Under the pieces are notes generated by a model that saw nothing but the letters and a program-made list of their open reading frames with translations, ran no database searches and had not been told where the DNA came from. A program made the position numbers and the translations under genes. 23,122 bases of DNA from Bugula neritina (Eukaryota; Animalia; Bryozoa), in contig CAXIUT010000310.1 in the NCBI GenBank assembly GCA_964035545.1, positions 1 to 23,122 of the forward strand, given 5' to 3'. Positions 1-12,599 of this stretch are shown piece by piece (position 1 is the stretch's first letter; each line of letters begins with the position of its first letter).

Positions 1-80
1 CCCAACCCCAACCCCAACCCCAACCCCAACCCCAACCCCAACCCCAACCCAACCCCAACCCCAACCCCAACCCCAACCCC
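1..80 (+). repeat. Terminal telomere (CCCCAA)n
   Basis: About 13 C4A2 units starting at base 1 with CCCAA; one C3 variant near 48-50. Confidence 0.98.
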
Positions 81-377
81 TTCAATCAGAATTGTCTATT
101 AATGCTACTATTTCTATAAAGGAATTCTTTAAAAAAGATAATTTTAATTTTGTAAACAAATTAACAAACGATAACTCAACAATTTCGACTGAAGAAAAGA
201 AAATGTTTTCAAGCAGTCCTAAATTTCTTTTTGTTAAATATGGGATTTTAATATTTTTATTTTAGAGTTCTTTATTACAAAAAGATTATAAATTTTTTTA
301 GTGTTTTTTTCTTTAATTTTAGATTTTTATAAAACCTGAATTTCAATGTCGAGTTTGGGAATAAAATTTGCAAAAAA

Positions 378-393
378 CCCCAACCCCAACCCC
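378..393 (+). repeat. Short internal telomeric tract CCCCAACCCCAACCCC
   Basis: Three C4 runs in about 80% AT sequence, same orientation as the left telomere, 78 nt from the H2A-fusion stop codon. Confidence 0.85.
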
Positions 394-471
394 AGATCCA
401 TATATTTTATTTGATTTATCATTTTTATTTTAAATCAATAGTTATAAAATTAAGATTGATTATATAATTTA

Positions 472-1539
472 TCATTCCCCAATTAATCCAATGGTTACAT
501 TTTGAAGCATTTTATTCATTTCTTAATCATTTTTAAGTGCTCTTTTTATTGATAAAGGAGTTATTCTTTTTTTACCGTCATTTATTGTATCATTTCCTGA
601 TATTTCTAACAATTAAGCAGCCAAATATTCAAGAGTTGCTCCCAAATATATCGCACTTCCAACTCCCACTCTTTGACCTACCATTACTTCTTTGAGCCTT
701 CTTTTTATTCTCCCAATTGGAAAAACTAGACCAGATCTTGAAGCTCTTGTCTTACCTGAGCCTATCGATGCTTTTGCCTTCCCTACTTTGGATAAAGTAG
801 TCTTATGAATAACAGGTTTTGAAGCTGATTTTTTGTTTTTAGAGGGAATACTTTAAAGTGAATGTGTTCTTGCGAGAGCTGTTTTAAGTTTCTTTTTTTC
901 CTTTTCATGAATTGGACGATGGATAGGAGCTGGAGGAGGGATAGGACTTTTATCAAAAAGACTATCTGGAATTCTAGATACAGCCTATACCATTGAAGAA
1001 TTATTAAACGCATCTTTTCCTATTTTATCTAAAGTATCAAGTATGCTCAAAGAAGGAAACATAGTAAAAACTTGTGCTCGATACCCAGGTACCTTTACCA
1101 CTTCATTGTTCAATAAATCTAATTGCAGAAGAGATCTCATATTTTTTAAAGGAACTAAATTTTAAAGTTTTTAAATTTTATTAGCTCCTATCATTAGTGT
1201 TTGGAGATGTCTTAATCCGCTTAAATATTTGACATGATCTCCTGGGATATTATTAAAAACCATGTCTAAACGAATCAAAGACAAGATTTGTGGAAAGTTT
1301 TATAGAGAAATAATTCCACAATCATTTAAGGTTAGCATCTGAAGATATCTATATCTTTCAAGTTACTGTTTTATTTCATCTGTAAAGTATCCACCAAAGC
1401 GGACAGAAACTATATCTATAACATAGACCATATGGGGAGGAACTCCTTCAGTCTGTTCTCTAATAGATCTGATAAGTTTACTTGCTTCATAATTTGCAGG
1501 AGGAACCACTCCATTACTTCCAGTTGCTGATCCAAACAT
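472..1539 (-). CDS. LRR (ANP32/U2A'/Sds22-type) - histone H2A fusion protein, H2A.Y-like, 355 aa, no intron
   Basis: With TAR=Glu: N-terminal LRRs ([59 protein letters not shown]) and LRR cap ([17 protein letters not shown]), a Pro/Lys linker, then an H2A fold ([19 protein letters not shown]...[23 protein letters not shown]...KKRITP...[15 protein letters not shown]). ATG at 1539, TGA at 472-474. Confidence 0.93.
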
Positions 1540-1706
1540 TTCTATTATTATATCTTTGACAAAAAAAGCACTAATAAAATATTCTTATGAAATCTATCAA
1601 AGAGAAAGGAGGTAAAATAAAATGATAAAATAAATAAAAGAAACCTTTAATATTTGATGTAGTACTAACAATAAAACAGATTTCTTCATTTTAAATATAA
1701 TGATAA

Positions 1707-2957
1707 ATGTAAAAGATAATCAGTTAAGTTCCATAGTTAGCTAGGTTTCTTTCTTCAATACCTAAAAATCAGCATAATGAAGCTCTTCAAGATCTTTTGC
1801 GTCTTGGACTCTCATGCACACGCTCATGTCACTGTAAATTAAATAACTTTATCCCATCAAATATGTTTAAATCATAACTTGATCAAATTTTACTCAATAT
1901 CTCAGAACTAAATCATCTAGTTAAATACCAAAAATATCATTATTAAATAAATGAGAATAATAATCCCCATAATGTTTGCTCTCAAAATTAACCCAAATAT
2001 AACGACTGTAATGATGAAATTACAATTAAAAATTAAAACAGAAATACCCAAAATAATACTATCATTGATTCTACATTGAAATAAACTTCTTAAAAAAGAA
2101 AAATTAAAGGATTTTTTGAAAAATAAATTGATGATAAAAAACATAAAGAAAATCATACTTTTTCATTAAAGAAAAAGTATGTTGCTACTCGTCATCATCT
2201 TGATGATACTGAAGCCAGAATGGCAATATAATTTCCACCAGATGCTTTTGTAAAACCAGATATCAAACTCAAACGGACTTCAAAAGAATTTAAAAAGCAT
2301 ATCTATCAATAATAGATTAACAGAGAAGAAATTGTAAAGCTAAAATAAGATCATAAAGGATCAAGTTAGGATAAATTGAGGTAAAAAAGAACAGTATCGG
2401 AATCCTGGAAGGCAACTAGCAAAATAAAGACTCTTCTTGACAAAGATCGTTTAAGACATGAGCAAAAGAAGAAAAACTTTTAGTTTTAAGAAGGTTATAA
2501 TAAATATGAGTATAGTGAAGAAAGCTAGATTAATTAAAGTAGTTTACGGGAAGATTCTGACCCTTAATAAACTGGTAACAACTAAACTTATCCAAAATTT
2601 GCTTCAAATAATGCTAATAGCTACAACATTTAGTCTAGTTTTAAAAATAGTAATCAAACCAATAGTAAAAAAAATTGTTTTTATTAAACTTCTTCCAAAA
2701 AGAATATTTAACAGCCTAAAAATGAAGCTAGAAGCAAATTAGAAGGACTACTTAGTTCAGATAAGTTTAGCAAAAATAGTTGCAAAGGTTAGAGTAATAA
2801 CTATTCCAATCATTATGGTTCTAAGGAAAGTAACATGCTATATGAATATGAAGAAGATGATGTGGTCAGTAACAGTTCAAGTTTTTCTCAGTTTTCTATA
2901 AATGGAAGTAAGAAAAAAGAAATCGGGAAAATAAATCGCAGAAGTCAAATAAACTGA
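1707..2957 (+). CDS. Hypothetical low-complexity N/E/K/S-rich protein, 416 aa
   Basis: 1251-nt frame with no internal TGA, from MEKIISEVPELARFLSSIPKNQHNEALQDLLRLGL to RRSQIN-TGA. No recognised domain. Confidence 0.7.
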
Positions 2958-3042
2958 ATGATTCTCTTAAATATTAAACTCTATTTCTTATCAAATTTAA
3001 GTTTGAAGATGGATATTAAAATAAAAGCATATAATAATGAAT

Positions 3043-5048
3043 TCAGTATTTGAAATTTTTTTGATTATTTCCAATTCTGCTTGTAGAAGCACTTCCTCGT
3101 AGTATAGATTGTGTTTTTTCCATTTTGAAAGTAGAAGAGCTTCGAACTAAACCAGTCTTTTGAGCTTATATTGGCTTATTTTCTTTATCTTAACGCCCAT
3201 CTCTTCTAAACCCATCTCTCATATTTTGCAATACTGATGCGATATATTTATGTCTTTTTTTGATCTAATCTGTCTGAGATTAAATTCCTTCTTTGCTAAA
3301 ACTAGTTCTCTCTCCAAACTTATTAACGTATGTTATTGAATCTTTTGAAAAAAGAAGTTCAGTATAATCCTGAAAAATAGTTTGATAATCTTTATTATTG
3401 AACCAGAATATAGTTGCTTTAGCTGTTTTAGCATGTTTCACCACCCAAGTATTCAAAGCATTTTCATTATTTTACTTTAGTCTCTGACGTTATTTCATTA
3501 TTATCTGTTCATTACTTAATCCTTTTTCATAACTCTCTTTTTTTATTTTCATCTATTTCTGGTAGTAGCTAATAATTTTGAACTTTTTCGTCAATTTTTG
3601 AGGAATAGATGATACATCAAAAACTTAAAAAGTTTTTTCTTATTCATTTTTTGCTAAAAAATCGATATACTTCATTTTCTGGAATTGACAGTTAGAAATA
3701 AGAGTAGTAGAATCGTTAAATCTCATTCCAGTTCCATTTGAACTCAATAAATAAGCAGTTCCAAATTTAGGATTTTCTTAAAAGAAAGTAATCCAAACAA
3801 GAGGTCCATTTTGAGACCTGACTTCGTTCGAACTTATTTTAACCACTTCTGTTTTAGTAGAAAGCATTCTTCCCCGAGTTAAAGCAGCTGTAGAAGCAGC
3901 TCTTTGTCCATAGTTGTTTTTACTTAATTGCTAAATACTATTAGTTCTGATTAAAATTCTAGCTGATTATCCTTTTTCAAGAATTTTTTGTCCAAATTGT
4001 GAATCATTACTCTACCTGTGTCGAAGATCTACAGAACATCCCAAATTATACTTATCTAGGAATATTTTATTGGGTGCACAAGCAAGAAGAGTTGTAGGTA
4101 AAATTTCAGGTATTGGAGAACTAAAAAATTAGTCGTTTAGAATTTCTTCAATGGTTAGGCGATGTTTAGGATCTTTTTGAAGAAGTTTTGAAATAAATTT
4201 TTTAGAAACTTTTTATAGATGTAAATGGTCAGGGAAAGAGTAATTGCACATCTTAATTTTGGCATATGTGGTTTTGATATCGTTTGTTTCAAAAGGAGGA
4301 CGACCAACCAGACAAGCATAGGCAATAACACCCAAACTCCAAATATCAACTTCATAAGAATGTCCTAAACTGTTATCTTCATTATTACATAAATACTCTA
4401 AATAATTTAAGGTGCAATATAGTTGGGAGTTCCACACATAGTTCTTCTTCTTTCTTGGTGATAGTTTAGCTTTGCAGCTAATCCAAAATCACTTATTCTG
4501 ATTTAAAGGCTATCAGTAAGAAGAAGATTTCCAAGTTTGAGGTCTCTATGAATGATCATTTGTTCTTGAAAATCTTTTACAGCCAAAGCCATTTGTCTTA
4601 AGTAGTATTTTGTTTCAATTTAACTAATTCTTTTTCTTCTTTTAATCAATTAGTTCAGAGTCTGGTTGGGACAAAGTTCAAGTAAAATATACACATTGAC
4701 TGAGTCTTCGAAATGTCTTTAGTACTTAACCACAAACTCTGATTTTACAGACTTATGAATCTCTATTTAAGAGGCAAGCTATCTATCTAAAATAGTACTT
4801 TTTATTTAGCCTTGCTTCGATTTAGGGTAGCTTTTTCAATAATTTTAGCTGCATACTTTCGACCTGTGCTGATATGAGTCAACTCATAACATTTAGCAAA
4901 TCCTCCCTGAGTTTGATTAAATATACTTTGCCAAGGTATCTTCCCTTGGAGTATTTATTGACTACAACTCCTTGCTTATTCTTTTCCTCTACTATATTTT
5001 ACCCTAAATTACTTAAAATATACCTTTTATTGATGTTCTATCTTCCAT
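3043..5048 (-). CDS. PLK: Polo-like kinase (kinase domain + two polo boxes), 641 aa, four 20-nt introns
   Basis: [61 protein letters not shown]; polo boxes VWIT...KFGTAYLLS...GMRFNDST and [14 protein letters not shown] introns at 5004-5023, 4907-4926, 4779-4798, 4377-4396; spliced length 1926 nt. Confidence 0.97.
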
Positions 5049-5244
5049 ATGAATTTAAGTCACTAACGATCAAATATCAATGAATTAATTTTAAAATATT
5101 AAATCATCATCTTTACTCTACTTTTATCAACTAGTAACTCCTTCCTCAAACCATAAAGAAATATAAAATTCAAAACTTTACTCATTCCAAATTAATTTGA
5201 GACTATCAGAGTTTAACATTAGATAATATATAAGGTTGCGAGCG

Positions 5245-5873
5245 ATGGGACAAGATGAACATAAACCTCCTCCCAAGAAGATGTCTCTGGAAGACAACAT
5301 AATAGAGATGAAGATCCAGTGTAAGCAGTTAGAAAGGGCTTCAAAAAAGGCAGAAAAGGAATCTCATAGCTATCAGAAGAAAGCCAAAGATGCCCTAAAA
5401 AAAAACAATGAAGAAGGTGCTAAGATGTATTTGATGAGCGCAGCAAACAAAAGAAATGAAGGTATCTTTTGATTAACAAAGCTTTATCAACTCAAAGAAC
5501 AGCTTTAAAGATGTAGTACATGTGCGGACAGATAAAATCAATGAAGAGCAACGAAGCAATGATAAATAATTTTTCAAATTTAGCTCAAATAGCTAATCAG
5601 CAGATGGGCAACGTTAACTTTTAGAATATGTCTAACCAGTTGGAAATGTTCAATAACAAGATGGACTAGATGATGATAAACAACAAGATGATGACCTAGG
5701 TGATGAGCACCCAGTAGGCAGGAACTGATAACGTGGTAGAAGATATGAAGAATGTCCTTCAACAAGAAATAGCTATGGAATAAAAGAATAAACTCATGGA
5801 AGAAGAAAAAGTTCACTATGAAAAAGAACAAGCCAACAATGATAAATTCATGGACTAACTAAGAGGACTATGA
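5245..5873 (+). CDS. CHMP1: ESCRT-III CHMP1/Did2/Vps46 (Snf7 family) protein, 202 aa
   Basis: [25 protein letters not shown]...[17 protein letters not shown] matches the CHMP1 N-terminus. One 20-nt intron at 5462-5481. MIM1-like C-terminus DKFMDELRGL-TGA. Confidence 0.9.
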
Positions 5874-5942
5874 TTATTCTCACCATCGATATTATCATGA
5901 TTCTCATCATCATCAATATTATCATTATTCTCATCATCGATA
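5873..5942 (+). repeat. Three degenerate 24-27 nt tandem units between the CHMP1 stop and the telomere tract
   Basis: ATTATTCTCACCATCGATATTATC / ATGATTCTCATCATCATCAATATTATC / ATTATTCTCATCATCGATA. Confidence 0.7.
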
Positions 5943-6011
5943 GGGGTTGGGGTTGGGGTTGGGGTTGGGGTTGGGGTTGGGGTTGGGGTTGGGGTTGGGG
6001 TTGGGGTTGGG
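5943..6011 (+). repeat. Internal telomere tract (GGGGTT)n, 69 nt
   Basis: Perfect G4T2 units ending TTGGG, followed directly by non-telomeric sequence. Confidence 0.98.
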
Positions 6012-6085
6012 AAACTAATTTTGATTTTAGATAAGCATATTTTGAATTTGTAATAGGTTATATTTGTATTAATAGTTGAGTTTAT

Positions 6086-6647
6086 TCAAAGTGATTGAGA
6101 TGAAGTGGCTAGACATTTTTCTTTTATTAGTTCCATTACTCTAGCTCTAGGTTTAGAATATTCGGCTAGTGTTATTTAATAACATAGCTTTTGATTGCTA
6201 TCTCTAAAACTTAAATCTGAATATCCTAACTATTAATTAATCTTTACGAGCTAACAGTAATATACTTTGCTCAAAGTTATCGGCCCTAGATACTTTCAAA
6301 CTATGCATCAAACTCGTATCTCCAGCATTATTTCTAGTATTTGCATTTATTGAACCTTACTTTAATAAATATTTCATCATCTTTATGTTTCCATACTCAC
6401 TACTAATATGAAGGCAACTACTACCACTCTAGTGCTATCGGTATTTACATATTCTATTATCCAATTATTTCGACAAATTATTTCCACCTCTAAATCTGCA
6501 AATATCGAATATATTTTATTCGACCAAACTTTATTCGATACTTTTCCGATCTATTTCTTTAATTTTTTTATTAGATCCAGCAATGTGACTAGCTTTAAGA
6601 TAAAAAAATTTATCAGAAAGACTCAATCTATCTAAAAAATTCTCCAT
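6086..6647 (-). CDS. Ankyrin-repeat protein, about 179 aa
   Basis: SGSSCLHISSEYGNIKMMKYLLKEGSINANTRNNAGDTSLMHS is an ankyrin consensus. A probable 22-nt intron at 6226-6247 gives LLARYSDLSFRDSNQKLCYEI and TGA at 6086-6088. The 3' end is less certain because the other two frames also stay open. Confidence 0.78.
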
Positions 6648-6731
6648 TTTTTTGAATATCTACTTTTTTTAATCTAATTTAATCATAATTAAATTTGCTA
6701 AGCATAACATTGAAAAAAAAAGTCATTTTTG

Positions 6732-7570
6732 TCAAAAATATCTGATTTTAATTATAAAATATTTTATCAATAAGGCAACCAATAAGATTGTCCTTTGTCT
6801 TTTGATTGCCTTGATAAATAACTTGAAATTAAGATTTTTTATCTCTATTGTCTTTTTATAGCCCAAATAGTACTTCAACTAAAGATTTTGATGGCTTGTA
6901 TTCCAATATCCTAAAGACTATCTCTCAACTTAAAAATGTTTCATACTTCTATTTTCTCTTGGTTTTTAAATGAAGAGAAAGATTGATAAAAACTATTTAA
7001 ACTTTATATTGAATTTGACCCTTGTAAGTTTTTTAAGATGCCACTTCAAATCTTTTGACTCATAACTTGAACTTTTATCATTATGAAAGAGATGATGACG
7101 TTTAAAATGTTTTTTCTTTTGTAATAATCTCTTCTTTTCAATCTTTCAATGTCTTAACAATTAGATAGAATTATTTTAGAAGAAACAAAAGGACGAGTCC
7201 CAATCTAATTTTTGAATTATTTTTATTTTGACTTCTATTTTGCATTTTACTTTGACTCAACACTATTTTTTATATTTATCTTTGATTTGAAGTTAGAAGA
7301 CCTAAATTTGGTTGACTAGCATTGGATAAAATATTTCCTTTCTATTTTTTATTCCTTCCTAAACATTCCTGTCGCTTTTTATCTTTATATCTTTTCATAT
7401 CTTACTTCTATTTTTTCACTTGCTCTAGAATTGACAAGTAATTGAGGTTTTTATTTAAACTTCTAGATATGCTAGTTTTCTTGTTTTATTTATCTTTCAA
7501 TTTTAGCTTAACTAGTTGAAATATAAGAAGCACTGCAAGATAATAAAAAAACACTAATTTTCAATGCCAT
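6732..7570 (-). CDS. Hypothetical K/E-rich protein with possible signal peptide; 3' end uncertain
   Basis: MALKISVFLLSCSASYISTS... is open to TGA 7046-7048 as written. A one-base change in the A-run near 7110 would extend it to TGA 6732-6734. Confidence 0.45.
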
Positions 7571-7731
7571 TTTTAAACAATTATTAATATATTAAATAAA
7601 ATTAGCTTAATAAAATATCTTATTAATTATATTCAAACACAAATATTATTTACAAATAAAATAATATAAAAAGATAATATTTGTGTCATAAATTTGATTA
7701 ATGTTATTTTTTTTCATAAATTATAATTGAA

Positions 7732-9093
7732 TCAAACTCTTTCCAAATCCTTATCATATAAGTCAACCAAACTTTTTCTACCAGAGTTTATATTTTCCTA
7801 TTTTATCACCTTCCTACTCGTAAGTTCATTCATCTTTCCCATCTTTTGTCCTTATAAAATTCCTCTGATCTTATTCTCAAAAGCTTTTTTACTTGTTTGA
7901 GAACGATTATCACTCAGAGTCGAATATCTTCCTCCCATTTCCTTTTCAGCTGCATCATAACCTATTTATTAAATTTTATTATTATGTCTAATACTCTGCT
8001 CGTGATGTTCTAAAATAGTTCTAATCTTTTCCCTATCATCATGCTTTATATAGGTTTATAAAGTTTTACGTAGACTAGCAACTTTTTTATTTTTGTTTAA
8101 AGCCAATGAATGTCTCACATTTGACCAAAGTTTGTGTTCATAGTTATCTAAAGACTATCTTTTAGAATAAATTTTAGAAAACATTCGGTCTCGCTCTGCT
8201 TATAAATACATTTATTGAGAGTTTTTAACTTTCTAATGTTTAGAATTCATTTTTTATTTCTCTTTCTTTTTTAAATACTCTATTAATTTTATTTTTCTAA
8301 CTTATTCAATCTCAACTGCTCCTTAAATATCTTTCTTATACCCTTGATCTTCAAAAGGGTTCGTCTTGTTTAATCTGTAAGCTCCTAACTTCTTCAATAA
8401 AGCTTTTTGTTTTGTTTATTTTAACAAAAGAGATGGATTTATTTTATAAACCTCTCTTTTTATTGTCTCTTTAAACTCCTTTTATTTCCATTTGTGCTCG
8501 TTCTAAAACCTATTTATTAATTTTTTAGTCTTATCTTGATATTTGCAGTCAAAATCCTGAAGAGTTTTGAGTTAGTTTTATCTGTGTTAATCAGATCTCT
8601 CTTCTTTCGATCTAGCCCAGTCTTCTTTTTTTTCTTTATAAACTTGCTAAAGTAAAAGTTCTTCATACTAAACTATTTTAGGAATAAACCATTCAATCAA
8701 CTTTCGATGTCTGTCAGCTATTTAAACTTTGACACAATCTGCGGCCTTAACTTTTCTTTCGTTGAGTTCTTCTAATAATTTTACAAGCAATCGAATTTGA
8801 CCTTCTTCTCCCATTTTATTATCTTCTCTTTCCACCAAAATATTCCATAAATCTTGAAAGTTGTTGACATTTAGGTAGTCTCTGAAAAGATCTTTATTTT
8901 CTGAGTGTATTATTTCAAAGTCTCTAGCCAAAAAAGCAGATCTCTTGCGAAGAACATTCTTCATCGAAATAAGTAAAGTCTAAATTCTTGACTAAGGGGT
9001 AATATTTGGAGTAAATTCGTTAATATCTGATGTCTAGGACTTAAAGAAATGATCAGGCTTAGTAGAAGGCAAGCTGGTCAGTATTTGTTTCAT
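7732..9093 (-). CDS. Hypothetical coiled-coil protein, 453 aa
   Basis: 1362-nt frame with no internal TGA, from MKQILTSLPSTKPDHFFKS to LVDLYDKDLERV-TGA. Contains ORF-track fragment 8722-8964. Confidence 0.8.
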
Positions 9094-9160
9094 TGTCTGA
9101 TAATAAAATTATCTACTTTGAACTTTAAACAGTGATGCTATAATTTAAATTGTATCAAAA

Positions 9161-10623
9161 ATGTCCATCCTATAGCACTAAGAGCTTACTGAAGCAGTTC
9201 TTGCTTATCTCAATGCTCACGACCTATCCAAAGTGTCTTAAAGCATTACTCAAGAAGTCAAAAGTATAATTTCTTCTATCAAGATAAGTATATGCATAAA
9301 AAGTTAAAGCCTTTCACCAAAGGAGTTGAAATCCCTCGTCTTTTAAGTCTAAAAAAGAGCAATGGGTCTTTGAGCCGTCGGGAAGTTAACCTTGATCGAT
9401 AGCTTAAAAACAACAGCAAAAAGTTTAGACAAATTATTCAATCATCTAAAAATGTATTTTCTGTGACTATTAACTTGATGCAAATGCTTGGAACATTTAA
9501 ATAAGCCAATAAACCTGAAATATCATAAATGATAGAAACCTACAAAATCCAACTGGCCAAGTACTTTAAAGTAGTTGAAAATTAAGGTAAACAATAAGGA
9601 GAAGAACCAACGGAAGTTGTATTTTTCTAACACAAAAACAAACTGGATCGCTTTGTTGCTGAAAAAAATGTTGATGGAATATGTTAAGTGCTTCTTAGCT
9701 TCAGAGTTAATGCCTTGCAGATAGCTCCTGAACTACGTAAAAATTTGGTGTATTAACTGATTCGCAACGACCTATTCAAAATTGAAGAGACTGAAAAGTT
9801 TGACTTCTTGCTCAGTTTACTTGAAAATAACTCTCCAAAACTGAGATATGCCATTATTCCTTTGGTCAGCATTGTCTGTAGCACTCTTCGAGGAGTTGAA
9901 TATCTTACTTTTCGCAAAAATATGGTTGTGATTGATCGAATTATCAAAGTACTTCTTCCTAATAAAGATTCTTAAAGAACAAGATCAAGGTTCAGTTATT
10001 CAACGCTTTTGTCTTGCTCTTCTTCAAAAATGTTCAGTGAAAGATACAGTTATTCCAGCTTTACTATAACATAATATGATAAACTGGTTAATGGACTTGA
10101 TAAAACTATCTCTAAATAAAAAGATTCATCATTTTTCTTTGGATTTCGGCTCTGCTTTACTGGCGAATATAATTCATGCTCCTTCGACTCTATCTTCTCT
10201 TGCTCAAGATCCTAAACTAGCTCAAATGGTACTTATATTCAAACTTAGTTGATGGAATCGATGCTAAAGCTCTTGAAAATGACTAATTTACAAGTATCAG
10301 TCCTCATGCACCTTTTGATTTGTCTTTCCTATCTTTCCAAAGAAGAATACTTTAAAGTTCAAAGATAAAACTGCGCATTTGTTTAAAAAATAAGTGAATT
10401 TGTTGAATACTACTCTCAAATCAATACTTCATAAAATGAAGCGGCATAAATTGATAAAAGAACAGTTTTAGACCTCTGTGCTCACATGTTTCATCCAAAA
10501 GACGTAGACCTCGACAACTCTGAGTCAATGGAGTATAATTAACTCAAAACCTAAGACAGAATCCGATAGTATGAAAATTAACAGGGATAACTCATATTTG
10601 AATGCTTCCAAGACTAAGTATGA
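9161..10623 (+). CDS. ARMC9: ARMC9-like LisH + armadillo ciliary protein, 467 aa, three introns
   Basis: LisH-like N-terminus (ELTEAVLAYLNAHDLSKVSESITQE), LIRNDLF, STLRGVEYL, SVIQRFCLALLQKCS, MINWL, FSLDFGSALLANI. Introns at 9264-9283, 9949-9967, 10229-10248; spliced length 1404 nt. Family call is from motif recall. Confidence 0.8.
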
Positions 10624-10796
10624 TCCACAATATCGATTCATATATTAAATATAAATTAAGTTACAGACATAAACTTCTACAAGTTAAGATTAATCTATCA
10701 ATATAAATCCAAATAAAAGCTCACATTCAATGATTCTGTTCAAGTAATTCCTCAGTTGTTTGAAGACTTAAATAAATTTATATTTATTCAATAAGA

Positions 10797-11990
10797 TCAT
10801 TATCCCAAAATAAAACTTCTCAACACAGGATCTTCGATTTCATTACTCTCAACTGGTCTCACGAAATGATCAGAAAAAAACTACCCTACAATATCGATTC
10901 CATCTTTAGTTAACCTTCCTAATCCATTCATACGATCAGCTCCCCACTGTCCTCGGTATTCTCCTCCTTACACCCAAAGATAATGACCTAAACCTTCTCT
11001 TTTGTCCTGATTAAACTAGCCAACATAAGTATCAGCCGTTGCCCATCGATATTTACCATGTCCATGTTTCATACCTTGATGAAAATTTCCTTCATATTGC
11101 TCCCCAATATCAAGAGTAAGGTTTCCTAATCCTTACTTGAGATCGTTTTTCCAAAATCCTTGATAAATATCTCCATTTTTATAGTAATAGACACCCTGAT
11201 AGCGAAGATTATCTTTAAAGCTTCCTTTGAATACATCTCCATTAAAGAGAGTCAGTTATCCCTAGACTTTAGCATCTCCTGTCCATAATCCTTCAAAGAC
11301 AGTACCTTCACTGAAATAGTAACTTCCTTTTCCTTCTTTTTTACCTTATATAAAATTGCCTACATATCTATCTTTGTTAACATACTAAAAACTTCCCTAT
11401 CCGTTGGGTAAATCCATCTAAAAATGTCCAGAATAAACACTTCCATCTGGAAATATTAATCTCCCTCGTCCATGTCTTCTATTTTTCATAAACTATCCCA
11501 CATAGGTTTCTTTGCTGACTTTGTTGTCGTGATAGCCACTTCCTGAATATTATCCCATACGCCATTCTCCTTCATAGATTTCTTCTTCACTGAAGTATAG
11601 ACCTTCTCCTTGTTTGAGTCCTTGTTGCCAATTTCCTTAATAGTAAGAATTTCCGTTGCCATAATAATAAATTCCTTTTCCTTCCATCTTTCCCTGTTGG
11701 ATCAGCCCATCAAATATCTCACCGTTAGAATGCATATAGACTCCTTGAATGTGGAACTCATCATCGTTCCAAGTACCAAAGTAAACATCTCCTTCTGGAT
11801 ATGTATAAATTCCCTTTCCTGTCCTCAATTGTTCACCAGATAGTTGTCCCAAATATATTCCACCATCAGGATATGTAACTTCTACTACATCAGAAATGCT
11901 CTGAAGTCTTTGGACAAACTAGTTCTTTCGTAAGTTGTAAGTCCTTAATACCTAGTTTTTTATTTGAGAAGGTTGCGTTCTGAAAGACAT
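10797..11990 (-). CDS. MORN-repeat protein, 397 aa
   Basis: More than ten Y-x-G-x-W/F...G-x-G units (GDVYFGTWNDDEFHIQG, NSYYEGNWQQGLKQGEG, EQYEGNFHQGMKHGHG). Single frame ending TAA-TGA. Confidence 0.95.
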
Positions 11991-12069
11991 AAAACTTATT
12001 CGATAAATTATAATAAAATCAATTAACATACAAATGTCTATAAAATAAACTATTCAAAGAACAAACGAT

Positions 12070-12599
12070 TCATAGTTATGAAGATTATTCAGTTTTAACT
12101 TTTATGATATCTTAATTTTCTGCTTCAATTGATTTTTCTTATTGTTCTCTAAAAGAATCTTGATTTTCTTCTGATAAAGGACTTTTATCTTTTCCAAAAA
12201 TAGTCATAATTATCTAAGAATATTTCGATTAATGTTCCAATAAGAAGGGAAGGAACTCTTTAATTATGTCAAAATAGAAGTCTTGAACTCCAACTGTTCC
12301 ACTTTTTTATCTTTTTACATATTCTGATGTGGCTTCCAGTATTAGCTCTCTAAATTAGGGGGAAACAGATTTATGGGTAGTAAATATTGCATTTATAAGA
12401 ATATCACTTAAGAAGTAAGGGTACTTTTCAAGAGCTACAGTTGAATAATCTCAATATATAGCTATTTACCTGAATGCTATCTGTAATTGTTGATAAGTTG
12501 CTCAAGGACATCAGAAACCAATTTTACCGTTGACTCAGTTTGTTGATTTTGAATAGTAAAAAACAACAACAATGAAACAAAAACCAGCCTAAATATCAT
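12070..12599 (-). CDS. Secretory-pathway protein with signal peptide and C-terminal SSEL, 169 aa
   Basis: MIFRLVFVSLLLFFTIQ signal peptide; 20-nt intron at 12450-12469; acidic tail ending TEESSEL-TGA. Confidence 0.75.

Noticed and set aside
601-4800. Standard ciliate code (TAR=Gln) or TAA=Lys
   Set aside because: Would give APQ/APK and remove the kinase alphaC Glu and the H2A acidic-patch Glu residues.
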